A stretch of 63,890 nucleotides of DNA, counting the filler, from Octopus bimaculoides (Eukaryota): NCBI RefSeq assembly GCF_001194135.2. It is 4 parts of 4 records of this genome, joined end to end, with 100 filler letters (N's around TTAATTAATTAA, not from the genome) between each part and the next. Parts side by side here need not be neighbours in the genome. Positions count along the whole stretch, not along the records: positions 1 to 19,435 come from NC_068985.1; 3 more parts are not named here. One strand, 5' to 3'. Below, in pieces: positions 1 to 11,880 of the stretch. The notes beneath the pieces were generated by a model that was not told the DNA's origin, did no database searches, and saw only the letters and a list, made by a program, of their open reading frames with translations. Numbering within the stretch: position 1 is the first letter of the stretch; every line of letters starts with the position of its first letter. Position numbers and translations under genes: made by a program.

Positions 1-779
1 TATATATATATATATGCTTATTAAAGGTCAGTTTACAATTATTTCTTAGTTTAATATTTGTAATTATATTTTCACAAAAAACCTAATTACATTTTTTCCA
101 TATAATTAATAACATTTTCTATTAATGAGGCCTAATCAGATTACACTTAATTCAATGTGGCATTCAAATATATATGAAAAAAAATGTTCCTCGCCCTGAC
201 CTAGATCGTGTTTTGACCCCTTAATTCCATCAGACATATCAGAAAAGAATGGTGAAATCTCAAATTCAGAGCCAGTTAAAATTACAAATATGCAATATAG
301 CATTTAAAACGCTAACAAATCATAACAACTATTAACATGGGAAACTATTTCTACTATTGGGTAATGAAGGAAACTATGTTGTCTCTAGAACTGCTAGAAA
401 TACCAACAAAATAACCCGCATACAAAACTCTACTAACACCAAGAAGAAGAAAGAAAACAAAGAAATATTGGATACCATACTCTTAGATACATAATAATTG
501 AAAAACGTAATACGAGGTGGTCACAGATGTAAGGTTTTTGACCATGTTTATGCAAGTTCAGAATTGTGTCTAAGTAATAGCAACTAAAATTCATAGCAAT
601 AGTGACAAAATTCCAGAATCTGGAAATTGAGCAAATGAAGCTTAACTTATCAGATAAACTATCAAACAGTCCTTAGCTATCAATGTCTTTCTTTAAAAGT
701 TCTTTAAAAGACTTATATTACTGACCATCATATTCCACTCTCCAATTCAAAAACGGATTCAGGCCACTGAACTTGACCA

Positions 780-1030
780 ATATAATACTCACAGATTTTT
801 CATTATAGAATAATACACGATGGCTTTAACAACACCAATGAAATCCCACAAACGCTTCATCCTAACTCTCACCGCCATCGAAAAAGTCTCTACAACTCCA
901 TTCTCTATTGTCCAATTACAAAATACTCAACAATCTGCGACGTTTCTTAGAAACCGCACAAAACATTAGCTTGAATACAATGCCTCAAGGCAGTAGCCGT
1001 CTGTTGCATACAACAATAACAACAACAACA
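780..1030 (+). mobile_element. Possible highly decayed CR1/L2-type LINE 3' end with (CAA)n tail
   Basis: Hand translation QIFHYRIIHDGFNNTNEIPQTLHPNSHRHRKSLYNS loosely resembles the C-terminus of CR1/L2 RT; a (CAA)n/(CAG)n run follows from about 1012. Confidence 0.25.
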
Positions 1031-1295
1031 ACAGCAGCAGCAGCAACACACTAAGAATCTTCAAATTCCTCTATTGAATACCACAAGGATCCATTCACTG
1101 TACCACATTTTTTTAGCTTACACCTACACACTAATCTGAAATCTCAAAAGCAAAAATAGATAAATAAACAAGTAAATAAATGAAAAATAGAAAGAGAAAA
1201 AACTTTCTCATAGCTTATGTGCAAATAAAACCAGTCACACATAAACTCTGCACCGTCTTTATACTTCAAAATTTTGATTAGCTGATGTTATTGAA

Positions 1296-1362
1296 GCTAG
1301 TTGCTTTTATATCTTAAGCGCTAGTTGCTTTTATATCTTAAGCGCTAGTTGCTTTTATATCT
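1296..1362 (+). repeat. 24-bp minisatellite, about 2.8 copies
   Basis: GCTAGTTGCTTTTATATCTTAAGC occurs twice exactly plus a partial third copy. Confidence 0.95.
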
Positions 1363-1371
1363 CATATACGT

Positions 1372-1441
1372 ACGTACGTATGTATGTATGTATGTATGTA
1401 TGTATGTATGTATGTATGTACGTATGTACGTATGTATGTAT
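1372..1441 (+). repeat. (TATG)n/(TACG)n microsatellite
   Basis: Directly visible; abuts the 3' end of the minus-strand LINE fragment. Confidence 0.95.
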
Positions 1442-1442
1442 A

Positions 1443-1849
1443 GTATGATTTTTCTTTGAGTTTTATTTAAGTTCATCTTGAGAGATTCAAGTCGGTCGTT
1501 AACAAAGCAACAAGACCTTTTAAGAAAGTCCCCGGTGTTAGTAAATCTGTGGTTGAGTTGGTGCGTTGGTTGAACTGTTGGTGCATATACCCAAGTGTGT
1601 ATATCTCAACACATTAGAATCTCAGATGGAGAATTTCTGGAATGTCTTACAAATCTTCACTGTGCCACTAATAGATTGGATTTGGAGATTCCGCATCAGT
1701 TTGTTTTGCTCTTTCTCCGTGAAACAGATTGTTTATAGGTTTTCGTGAAAATCTATTGGTAAGTAACCTAATGCACTTATGATGAAAGGTACAAATAAGA
1801 ATTAATAGTCAGGGTACAAGAGCTGTAATTCGCCATAAATGTTCTCTTT

Positions 1850-1850
<1 letters not shown>
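1443..1850 (-). mobile_element. 5'-truncated R4/Dong-type (RLE) non-LTR retrotransposon, 3' end (family C, copy 1)
   Basis: Minus translation KENIYGELQLLYPDY*FLFVPFIISALGYL...KLMRNLQIQSISGTVKICKTFQKFSI* matches the copy at 6578-7084; the 3'UTR runs into (TACA)n and the 5' junction is (CA)n. Confidence 0.85.
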
Positions 1851-1905
<55 letters not shown>

Positions 1906-1924
1906 GTGTGTGTGTGTGTGTGTT

Positions 1925-2150
1925 TGCCTTGGGTATGACTTTCACTGCATCCGATTGTGGAGCCCTAGTACAGGAGGTCCAGAGTTTTAAGGCGGAAGGA
2001 ACCACCTCGTAGCTACTATTCTTCTTAGGTCTATTCTCACCTGGAGTAGTAGTAGCACGTGCTAGGATCCCAGCTATGAGTTTACTAAGCCTGTGAACCC
2101 CCTAGTTCTCGTTAGAGCTGCCTCTAGGAGAAGGTAAACACGTATTAAAA
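1925..2150 (+). mobile_element. Fragment of a non-autonomous retroposon (SINE-like/RTE-associated)
   Basis: GGGTATGAC...CTGCATC...CAGGT..TCT.ACCTGGAGTAGTAG...GGATCCCAGCTATG resembles a common octopus repeat as recalled; family not assigned. Confidence 0.35.
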
Positions 2151-3659
2151 AAGCCGAAGTGCAATTGGTTTCTGGTCATCTAAACCTCTGTTGTGCTAAT
2201 GGTTTGATAGCTGATTGCACTGAAAAGTGGGTCCATTGCAGTGCAACATTTTATTCACTGAAAGCAAATTCACGCCTAAGGACTTTCTTGGATTCTCGAA
2301 ATAATTGCGTGAACTTAATGAGTTTAAGAAGTGGTCTTATTCGGTCGTTAGGTGATTTCCACTTGTTTCGCACAACTTGTTTCAGCATGTTTTCTTCTTG
2401 GTCTTGTATATAGAAATGGTAAATTAAGGGATACAATTAATATAGGAATGGCAAAAGAACAGGCGTTATTTCATAAATTTATGAACTTCATGTCACAACT
2501 ACTGTTCTTTTGTCATTGATTTATCAATATAATACGCTGCGTGTAATTGTGTATGCACTTTTTTGTGAGTAACACCTAACCACTTTAGTCTGTCGAATTT
2601 TTTCCGCTTAATATGATTTTCTTTCCAACTCATTCGACACGAGCTCTAAATTATTTGATAGTCTGGAGTAGTTCTGGTTATTGTTTTCTTCTCTGAGTGT
2701 GGGGTGGGCGGATTCGAAAGTTCATTCTGCTTTCCTAATTGTCTCATAATATTCAACCAATGTTTTTATGCTAATAAATTCTGTTGATCAAATTAACTTT
2801 CTCCCTTTTCTCATAGGTAAATCTAATCAATAGATATGTAATACGATATGCGTCCTTAATCTATATTTAATACGATATCTGTATTTGTATTTACATTATT
2901 AATTATTATACTTCATATATTCCACAATATTCTACTATTACCATTTACATTCAACTTACAGGGAAGTATAATGAATTCAATTTTAGCATATTTACTTATT
3001 ACACTAACTGCATGTAGTTCTTGATTTAAACGGAACGAAAAACAAAAAGAATTTGAAATTACAGATTGAAAATTCACAAGGCCAAGGTGTGTTGGTGCCG
3101 CATCATGTTATGTAAGAAATATTGTTCTTCGGGATCTTTTGCAGTGAATATGAATAGCAATGCTCATTTATAGCTTTTGCACGGAATATGTCAAATATGT
3201 TATAAAAGTGCAGCTTTTGCATAAACTAAACCTTTAGAAAATGCATGTAACCTGTTTGTAAGATCATGAACCCATGTTTTGGTGGTTTTGATTTTATATA
3301 TATNNNNNNNNNNNNNNNNNNNNNNNNNNNNNNNNNNNNNNNNNNNNNNNNNNNNNNNNNNNNNNNNNNNNNNNNNNNNNNNNNNNNNNNNNNNNNNNNN
3401 NNNNNNNNNNNNNNNNNNNNNNNNNNNNNNNNNNNNNNNNNNNNNNNNNNNNNNNNNNNNNNNNNNNNNNNNNNNNNNNNNNNNNNNNNNNNNNNNNNNN
3501 NNNNNNNNNNNNNNNNNNNNNNNNNNNNNNNNNNNNNNNNNNNNNNNNNNNNNNNNNNNNNNNNNNNNNNNNNNNNNNNNNNNNNNNNNNNNNNNNNNNN
3601 NNNNNNNNNNNNNNNNNNNNNNNNNNNNNNNNNNNNNNNNNNNNNNNNNNNNNNNNNNN

Positions 3660-3975
3660 GTTGTGAGTGTTTATTTAGCGAAAACACCTAAAGCTCCACG
3701 AAGCTCCGGCAGGGGATGGTGGCGAACCCTGTTGTACTCTTTCACCACAACTTTCTCTCACTCTTTCTTCTTGTTTCTGTTGTGCCTGTATTTCAATGGG
3801 CCAGCCTTGTCACACTGTGTCACGCTGAATATCCTGCGAACTACGTTAAGGGTACACGTGTTTGTGGATTGCTCAGCCACTTACACGTTAATTTCACGAG
3901 CAGGCTGTTCCGTTGATCGGATCGACTGGAACTCTCGACGTTGTAAGCGACGGAGTGCCAATAACAACAGCTATG
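3660..3975 (+). mobile_element. SINE body and tail (family C); tRNA-like head lost in the N gap
   Basis: GTTGTGAGTGTTTATTTAGCGAAAACACCTAAAGCTCCACGA...CACGAGCAGGCTGTTCCGTTGATCGGATC...GACGGAGTGCCAATAACAACA is recognised from memory as an abundant octopus SINE; short AAC tail. Confidence 0.65.
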
Positions 3976-4499
3976 CGGAATAATACGTGTGTGTGTGTGT
4001 GTGTGTGTGATTAATTGAGGTAAATATTTTACGTTGAAGGGATGTAAAAAAGCCGAAACGTCTGCTTAAAGACATATATCGCTGCTCATATCTGCGATGT
4101 CTTTATTCTGATCGGCTAATATTACTCGTCATTGTTTTTAGATGTAGAACATCTTTAGAGGAAACTTTTGTCTACTAATCGCACAGGAAATCGAAATTTC
4201 CCGACTCTCTGTACTGAACATATAAGATGCTACAGGGTTTTATTTCCATTGAGATATTTCTCCTCAGTTCTATTGTTAACAACAGAAAAAAAATCATCCT
4301 CGAGCCGGCGGTGGAAACACCATGGTATTGCTCGATTTACGAGAAGTAGCGACGAAATTTTCCTCGTATCTGACTCCATCTTTAAACAAAGGTGCGCTGC
4401 TGGGCAATAATGTTGTTGATATGCAAAAAACAAAAAGGACAGAAAGTTCGCTGCTGGGACTCCTTTGATCGTATGGTTTGCTCGATAAGGGGAAAGGTA

Positions 4500-5216
4500 A
4501 AAGACAACATCAGCAGCAGCAGCAGCAACCTCTATGACAGAAACTACTACGACGATAACAGCAGCAGCAACAACAACGACAGTAATTACAGTAGTAGCAA
4601 CAACAACAACAACAACAACACCACCAACAGCAACAATAGCCGCAACAACAACGACAAGAACAACATTAGCAACAGCAGCAGCAACAACAACAAAAGGTAA
4701 TTTTTCAGCTGAGAAACGGATGAAGAAATGGATGAATCTTTGCGGTACTCCATTGGCATAAAAACCACACAAAAGGACTGCAAATTCATTCATTCATTCC
4801 TTGATCCGATTACAAAACCACTGGCGAAATGAAAGGAAGAAAGAGGGAGGCCTAAAGTTAGGAGCGTATTAGAAATGGCGGAAGTAAAAGCGGTTTGAAT
4901 CTAACGAAGGTTAATTTTTATATCGAAAACAGTTGTGATTATATGGCCGCCGTTTCTCCTTGCGAATCCAAACGTCACATCCGCCATCGCCACCATCACC
5001 GCCGTCGCCGCCGTCGCTGCCGGCGTCGCCGTCGTCGCTAACACCGCTGCCGCTGCTGCCGCTGCCGCCGCCGCCACCACTACCGCCACCACCACCGACA
5101 CCGCTGTAGCTACTGCAGTCACCACTTGAATCACCTCAACCAGCACTACTACTACTACTACTACTATTGCTGCTGCTGCTGCTGCTTTATTTACTACAGC
5201 AACAACAAAAAAACAT

Positions 5217-5248
<32 letters not shown>

Positions 5249-5250
5249 GC
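4500..5250. repeat. Compound trinucleotide low-complexity region (CAG/CAA, GCC/CGT, CTA)
   Basis: Directly visible; it generates the poly-N/T/A/V ORFs in the track. Confidence 0.9.
4860..4990. promoter_or_regulatory. CpG-rich promoter-like patch with YY1/ETS composite motifs
   Basis: AAATGGCGGAAGT (4873-4885, +), ATGGCCGCC (4943) and GATGGCGGATGT (minus, 4977-4988); motif match only. Confidence 0.25.
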
Positions 5251-5508
5251 TACTACATCAATTCTAGTGAGAGACATTTGAAGTAAAAATATGTGACGTT
5301 TAGACATCTTGAAGATCAAAAATTATTTCCCAAGAAAGCAGCACCGTTGCAAATAAATATTTGGAAAAATCCTGATGGATTTCTGCAAAGAACACCAGAC
5401 ATTTTTGACGTGCTAAGATTGAAACTATTCTCAAGACAAATATGCATATCAATACATACACACGCACACACACACGAAAAAATATATACATATACCTACT
5501 CACACACT

Positions 5509-5570
<62 letters not shown>

Positions 5571-5773
5571 AACAAACACATATACTTAAACGTGTATCTC
5601 GTTTTCTTTCTCTCCTTCCTTCTCCATCTTCAGTATGTATGTATGTATGTATGTATGTATGTATGTATGTATGTATACATGTGTGTGTATGTATGTATGC
5701 ATGCATGTATGTATGTATGTATGTATGTATGTATGTATGTATCTATCTATCTATCTATCTTTTATCTTTTATC

Positions 5774-6023
5774 CTTTACTTGTCTCAGTTATTAGACAGC
5801 GGCCATGCTAGGGCACCGCCTTGAAAAATTTTAGTCGAATGTATCGACCCAGTATTTATTTATTTTTGTAAGCCTCGTACTTATTCTATAAGTCTCTTTT
5901 GTCGAACCGCTAAGCTACGGGAGAGTAAACACACCAACACCGGTTGTCAAGCGGTGGCGGTGGACAAACACAGGCACAAAGGCACACACACACATATGAT
6001 GGACTTTTTCAGTTTCCGTCTGC
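5774..6023 (-). mobile_element. SINE family B, 3' half
   Basis: Matches the other family-B copies (GCGGCCATGCT..AGCACCGCC, GCTTGACAACCG, GAAACTGAAA). Confidence 0.85.
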
Positions 6024-6318
6024 AAACTACACTTTCTCTTCTCCCTCTCTGTCTCTCCCCCTCTCTCTATCTCTCCTTCTCCCCACTCCTCTTCCCTCTC
6101 TCTCTCTCTATACGTACCTTTTCTCCTAATATACTGGTCGACTTCAACTGCTCTGACCATATATATACAAGGAATTCTATCATTTGGCTTATATTTTGAA
6201 ACGTATCGACTGAGGAAGGTCTTCCGTGAGGAGTGAATTTCCAACTACCTATTATTTAATGATCTGAAATATACGCATTAAATGCTTTCAAAATAACATT
6301 TTATTTGACTTCATTGTT

Positions 6319-6354
<36 letters not shown>

Positions 6355-6369
6355 CGTGCGTGCGCACGT

Positions 6370-7510
6370 CATTGTTCAGATTTATTTCAAGATTTCTCAC
6401 CAATAAAGAAAGAGCTGGTTTCTAACCTGGATCCAAAGCTCCTTCATTGGAATTTCAACATCAACAACAGGGTATTTTTGTTTGTTTGTATGTATGTATA
6501 TGTGCAGATTTGTATGTTTTGTTTTATGTATGTATTCTCATGTATATAGTCGCATATCTAGACATGTTCATATATATTCAAATGATAAACTTCTGGAAAG
6601 TTTTACAGATTTTTACAGTTCCAGTGATGAACTGGATATGTAGTCTTCGAATTAGCTTTGTCCTTTCTGGCTTTGAGAAGCCTAATTTCTCAAGATTGGT
6701 ATTTAGGCAGTGCGTTACATATCCCATGACTCCAATAATTACAGGTATAAACTTGAACTTGTAATCTGGATAGAGTAACTGCAGATTTCTCAACAGTTCA
6801 GCGTAAGTATTCTCTTTTTCACTGATCTTCAGCTTTATGTTAACATTTGCTGGCCAGCTAATTTCCACAGCTGTACACAGTTTCACTTCTTCATCCCAAA
6901 TCATTATAACAGGTGTGTTGTGCTTACATTTTATTGAGGTCTTCTCTGCGACATTCCACCAGTTCTCCTTTTTATTATGAGTGGCTACGGCTTCTACCAT
7001 ACCGTGGGTTCTTATTTCTTTGTCCTCGGGGTTATCCTTCCGACGTATTTCATTATAGAGTGTCCTAGCTACATCATGTTTCATCGGTAGATAATAACCG
7101 TGACGACATTTTTGGACAACTGCTTATGATGTGGGTGATATCTTCGGTATTAACTCCACAAAGACTGTATCAGCTGTCACATTTTACTGCTTTTCCTGCA
7201 TCTCTATCCCTTTTGTGCATCAGGTATTTGGTTGATATTTCCTGGATTGCAAATGCATACCCTTCAAAGTGGGAGGTAGTAATCCGGATATTCGTCCATG
7301 AAAAACTGCTCTGATAATCAATGTTACTATCATCTCGGAGCTTCCAACTAACATATTCCTGCATAGTCTTCTACTCATATAGGCTCATCCTTTCATCTGA
7401 TACATTGCGATAGAGTCGTGCGACTTCTTTGGGCATGTATTCAAGGTTATCAGACAAAGAATGTTGCTCAAGAAGCTGCCTTCCAAGCCTTATGATGTTA
7501 TCAGCCTTAT
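6370..7510 (-). mobile_element. 5'-truncated R4/Dong-type (RLE) LINE (family C, copy 2) with CCHC zinc knuckle and RLE domain
   Basis: ORF 6578-7084 (...WDEEVKLCTAVEISWPANVNIK...KENTYAELLRNLQLLYPDYKFKFIPVIIGVMG...) has an RLE PD-(D/E)xK-type layout. Upstream YSLCGVNTEDITHIISSC is a decayed CCHC knuckle followed by (R/K)HD. The 5' junction is a (TACA)n tract at 7512-7566. Confidence 0.9.
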
Positions 7511-7789
7511 CATGTATGTATGTATGTATGTATGTATGTATGTATGTATGTATGTATGTATGTATTGATGATCAGTCGCTGAATCATTCCAGTTTTACTT
7601 GAAATTTCACAGGCACAAGACAAACGGTGATCGGTCAGAATAATATACAGCGAATGTAGGTGTGTCAATAACGAAGGAGATAAGCTGATTATCATGGTTT
7701 AAGGATCTCACATGGTTGAATAGATAAGAGCATAATTGGCTGGACTGTCAGTGATGCAAGGGAAACTATAAATCCAGTTCGAAAGGGAT

Positions 7790-8045
7790 CAAGGTCCCAG
7801 GAGCTATAAGCAATTCTAGTTCGTTTGTAGTATACATGGAGAACACACCATACAAAAACAGAGCCAGAAGGAGGAAGGTAATCTGTTTTAACCCATCATA
7901 TAACTTTGATGCTATCATGGACATATCCCGGAATATTTCCAACTGTCTGATGAATACAATAAACTTTTTAATGCTCATAATGCCAAAGTCAGCTATTGTT
8001 CTCGAAGTCACATCGCCTACAAAATCACACGCTACAACCTAATAC
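7790..8045 (+). mobile_element. Penelope-like element fragment (linker before GIY-YIG)
   Basis: RARRRKVICFNPSYN... and, after a frameshift, EYNKLFNAHNAKVSYCSRSHIAYKITRYN resemble the PLE motifs RKRxIxWFNPP and HKIFNRxxVKxSYSC. Confidence 0.65.
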
Positions 8046-8267
8046 ACACACTCACGGTTCCGTTCACCTCCTCAGTAAACCGTCTGAAAGTGACAATATA
8101 TTGAGCATTTATAACACCTCTTGAACGGTTTGGAAGAACAGGGCTTGTTGCGAAACTTTCATGAAAACACTGGATTAGATACAGGTCCTCCTTGACTGAG
8201 CAGACCTGCGACCAAATCTGTCCCAGACTTGACCATTCGATATTTTCGTATAACCAACACTACACTA

Positions 8268-9541
8268 CAAGGGTAGGTTGAAAAGTTCATAGACTGACTA
8301 TGTAGGAGTGATAATAGAGTTATGAAATCTTGCATGTGTTAATTTCAACTCTCCTTATTAATAACCTCATTGTTTCCTTCCAGGTAAACTGATATCTGAT
8401 TGTTCAAAGAAGCCTTCAAATGTAACCAGTAGCAACTTCTCTTGAAAATCGACAAAATTTGGCATTGTGGTGTTATCAAGTACCTGCAGAAAAATAGTTT
8501 AGACCCCAACGACATTCATGTTGACATGGTTGTTACATTAGAGGATGACGCTCCAGCTTTATCAACAGTGTAAAAGTGGGCGGCTGAATTTAAGAGGGGA
8601 AAGGAGAGTGTTGAAGATGACCCAAAGTTAGGACGTCCTACACTGCCACCAGCGAGGAAAGCATTGATCATGTTCACCATATGGTGATAGATCACAGGTG
8701 ATTGACTATAAATCAAATAACCAATACTGTTAGTATATCCTGTGAGAGAGTATTCTGTACAATGAACTTGGCATGACGAACATTTCTGCTCGGTGGGTGC
8801 CACGTCTTCTGACACCTGATCAAAAGAACACCAGGCTAATCACATCAAAGGAAAATCTGACATTGTTTCAGGTACATCCAGCTGGTTTCCTCGAAGCAAA
8901 GATGAGTGTTGGGTTCGTCACTTTGAGCAAGAGACAAAGAGACAATCAATGCAGTGGAAACACCCCTCCTTCCCTGTTCCAAAGAAAGCCAAGATCGTTT
9001 CATGTCCAGAGAAGGTGATTATCTCAGTTGTTTTGGAGATGCAGAAGGCATTGGGTTTATTAACTGTCTTCAAAAGGGTCACACCGTCAATTGAGAATGT
9101 TATGCCAACTTACTGAGGCAGTTATGAAAGGCTGTCAAACCAAACGCCCAGGAAAACTGACGAAAGGGGCTTCGTTTCATCAGGACAATGCTACAGCACA
9201 CAAGTCCTTCAATGGTTGCTGTGCGTGACTGCAGCTTTGAACTGTTTCGTCACTGTCCTTATTGTCCTGATTTGACCCCATCTAACAATCATCTGATCCC
9301 CCAAATCAAAAAAGGAAACATTTAGCTGGGAACCAGTATCGCAGTGATGATGACTTCATATCTGCTGTTGACATTTTTTACCAACAGTATGAAATCATCC
9401 TCATCAATGGGATTCAAACATTGTAACACAAATGGAAGCAGTCGTTAACTGCAAGGGGGACTATGTTGGAAAATAAACCTCATTTGGTCACATTCCATGA
9501 AAGTATCTTCGTCAGCCTATGAACTTTTCGGTTTATCCTCG
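8268..9541 (+). mobile_element. Full-length decayed mariner (D,D34D; irritans/Himar-like) DNA transposon
   Basis: About 30-bp TIRs (CAAGGGTAGGTTGAAAAGTTCATAGACTGAC / GTCAGCCTATGAACTTTTCGGTTTATCCTCG) flanked by TA on both sides. Transposase motifs KWAAEFKRG..EDDP..GRP, WVPRLLT, DECW, HQDNA and PDLTPSNNHL are present; start codon lost, with stops and frameshifts. Confidence 0.95.
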
Positions 9542-9559
9542 TAGTAACGGAGAACAAAA

Positions 9560-10720
9560 TGCGGTTTCAGATTTCTTGCTTCAGTTGTCCATCTTTTATC
9601 ATTTTTGCAATAATCAATGAGTTTGGTTCATCAACAATATTCTCATTTTCGTCATTTAGAATTATCCTATCGATTAAGTATTCTTAATTCAACTCCTGTT
9701 CCACAATTTTTTTCACTCTCTGCAATTCTTCACCAATTTTTCACCTCTTGGACAGGGGATGTTAATAGTATCTGGATTTACAAATTTTTCTTGCTACGGA
9801 GCTGGAATAAGAGAAAAATTGACTCAGAATAATTAATAACGCCCGTACTGAGAACTAAACACTCACAACTGCTTAATACTGTGTAGTACTATTTCCGAAC
9901 TAATCCAATCAAAATAATTTTCTAACATACATTTAACGTAGTTTTCTAGATTACAAAACGTGCTATTACAATTATCTTCACACAATGCAGAATATCATAC
10001 TTTTTGCACACCATTGAAACAGTAATCTGGGTTATCTTCCACATCTTTTATACGAATATTTAATGTAATTTATTTAAAAAATCACAAAATAATCATTCTT
10101 TGATTTAATGGTTAGATAAGCGTTGTAGAAGTGAATGGTAAAAAACAGACTTTTAACATAGGGATGTAATGCAGCGTTATCATTTAGTAATAAAATATTT
10201 AAGTCAATATTATTTTTTGTGTAAAATTGAGCTTCAAGGGCAAAGTTTTCATAAAACTTGTTATCGAATATTGCAAAAGCCATTCATGATCTTTTATTTG
10301 CAAGCCAATAAACATGGGTGGTGGTAGTAGTGGTTTATCTATTACAGCCCTTTTAATTAGTAATGGCTTCATGAAACAGTTACCTAATGTATAAGAGCAT
10401 AGTAATAATATAATTTGATCTTTAGATGCTCTGAGTCCGCAAAACGTTTTTTCTCTTCTTGTTATAGCAATTCTCATTGGAATTTTCTTTAGAATTGACC
10501 AGCTGTATCAACTTTAAATATTTCTACTAAAGAATAATAAAACTAAAACTTCAAATATTTTAGTTAACTATGGTGCATATTCTTCAGTAGTTTTCTTATC
10601 AGTTGATCCATATTCGATTTTATGAAGAAAGCTTCACTTAAAAATTTTCAAAGCCCGAAACTCGAGGTTGTAAATGATTAGATGATTGACTTGTTATGTC
10701 GATTTGATAAAAACTTATAA
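9560..10720 (-). mobile_element. Decayed pogo/Tigger-type transposase remnant
   Basis: ORFs 10199-10477 (REKTFCGLRASKDQIILLLCS..GNCFMKPLLI) and 10074-10283 (ILLLNDNAALHP) match the Tigger/CENP-B DDE motifs PGFKASKDRLTLLLC and LLLxDNAPxHP; TIRs not identified. Confidence 0.8.
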
Positions 10721-10899
10721 CTTCTTTTTACTGTACTGCAAAGCTGTCTACAAGATTTGCTTTCATTGGTTTTATCTTTTGGCCAAATGAAATAGTTTTC
10801 CTCCCATTGTTTCCATGCTAGTACGTGTACGTGTGTGTGTGCATGCATATGTATATCAGATATATATATATATATTCACAAGTGAAGCAGTATTAAATT

Positions 10900-11175
10900 A
10901 AAATAACCATCTATGCATCATACATGATATAGATATACACAGCCGATAGGAAAGTTGATGCAGTTTTCGTCAAAGGTAAAAAAAACCAACAAATCTCTTG
11001 TGGACGGGGCATGTTTAGAAACAGTATATATTGGAGGGGGACGAGAAATCGTCTCGGCAGCGGCTGGCGAGAACGCCAGATGTATTTCGGCCTTGTTGGG
11101 CCTTGTAAATGATGTGTACTCGAAGCCAGCCAAGACGAGATTTGTCTCCTCCGATATAGGGAACAATGAATAATA
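10900..11175 (-). mobile_element. Penelope-like element fragment (linker and GIY-YIG start)
   Basis: Third minus frame VPYIGGDKSRLGWLRVHIIYK...TSGVLASRCRDDFSSPSNIYCF*TCPVHKRFVG fits the PLE pattern LPYIG...KD...SNxVYxFxC..C...YVG. Confidence 0.6.
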
Positions 11176-11194
11176 CATTCACATGTGAAGAACC

Positions 11195-11880
11195 TCCATG
11201 TATGTTCTCTTGTAGTTAAAATTATTTGAAGTCTTCCAGTAATGAAAGAGCTATTTTATAACAAAGATACGAAGCTCCATCATTGGAACGCCGATAACAA
11301 AAATTATTTTCATATTTTGAATGTGAGAAAAGTCTTGCATGATTTTATTATTCCGCTTAGAGATTGTATTTGAAATGTGCGAGTTAGCCGGTTGACTTCC
11401 TTCACTGGAAACCGCAACTTATCCAAATTGTCACTTAGGTTTTAACTAAGAAAACCAAGTGCAACAATTATTATGTGAATAAATGTGAATTTATAATCTG
11501 AGTATTGAAGCCGAAGATTTCCAAGAATTCATAGTTACCCTCTTTCTGTTTGATGTTCGAAGAGATATTCAAATCAGCAAAGCAATGTGTGTAAATGCAT
11601 GATTGCTTTGAATATATAGACAGTTTCACAAATATTCAGGCTCTCATTTCTTTCCATCATTCTCACCGGGGGTTACAACTATATTAAGCTGCATCACAGT
11701 TTCTGTTAAAGCCATTCCATTTTAAAGTTGATTTAATATTTTCATTTTCATTTTTAGAGAAGTCGACTTTCTTGTCCGTTTTGGGTGGGACTTTGCAAGT
11801 CTAATTTTCAATCTCGATATTATTTAACATAATACATAAGCTAAAACTAGCACTAGCTGCAAATTCAGAGTGTAGTCCAT
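11195..11880 (-). mobile_element. Decayed R4/Dong-type (RLE) LINE 3' end (family C, copy 3)
   Basis: Minus translation ...QYSDYKFTFIHIIIVALGF..NLDKLRF..KEVNRLTRTFQIQSLSGIIKSCKTFLTF; the 3'UTR (TTCCAATGA.GGAGCTT.G.ATC...AGCTCTTTC) matches copy 2. Confidence 0.8.

Noticed and set aside
4230-5146. Poly-N/T/V/A ORFs
   Set aside because: Explained by trinucleotide repeats.
10918-11178. 86-aa and 72-aa ORFs in a GC-rich island, possible host exon
   Set aside because: The third minus frame shows Penelope linker and GIY-YIG motifs.
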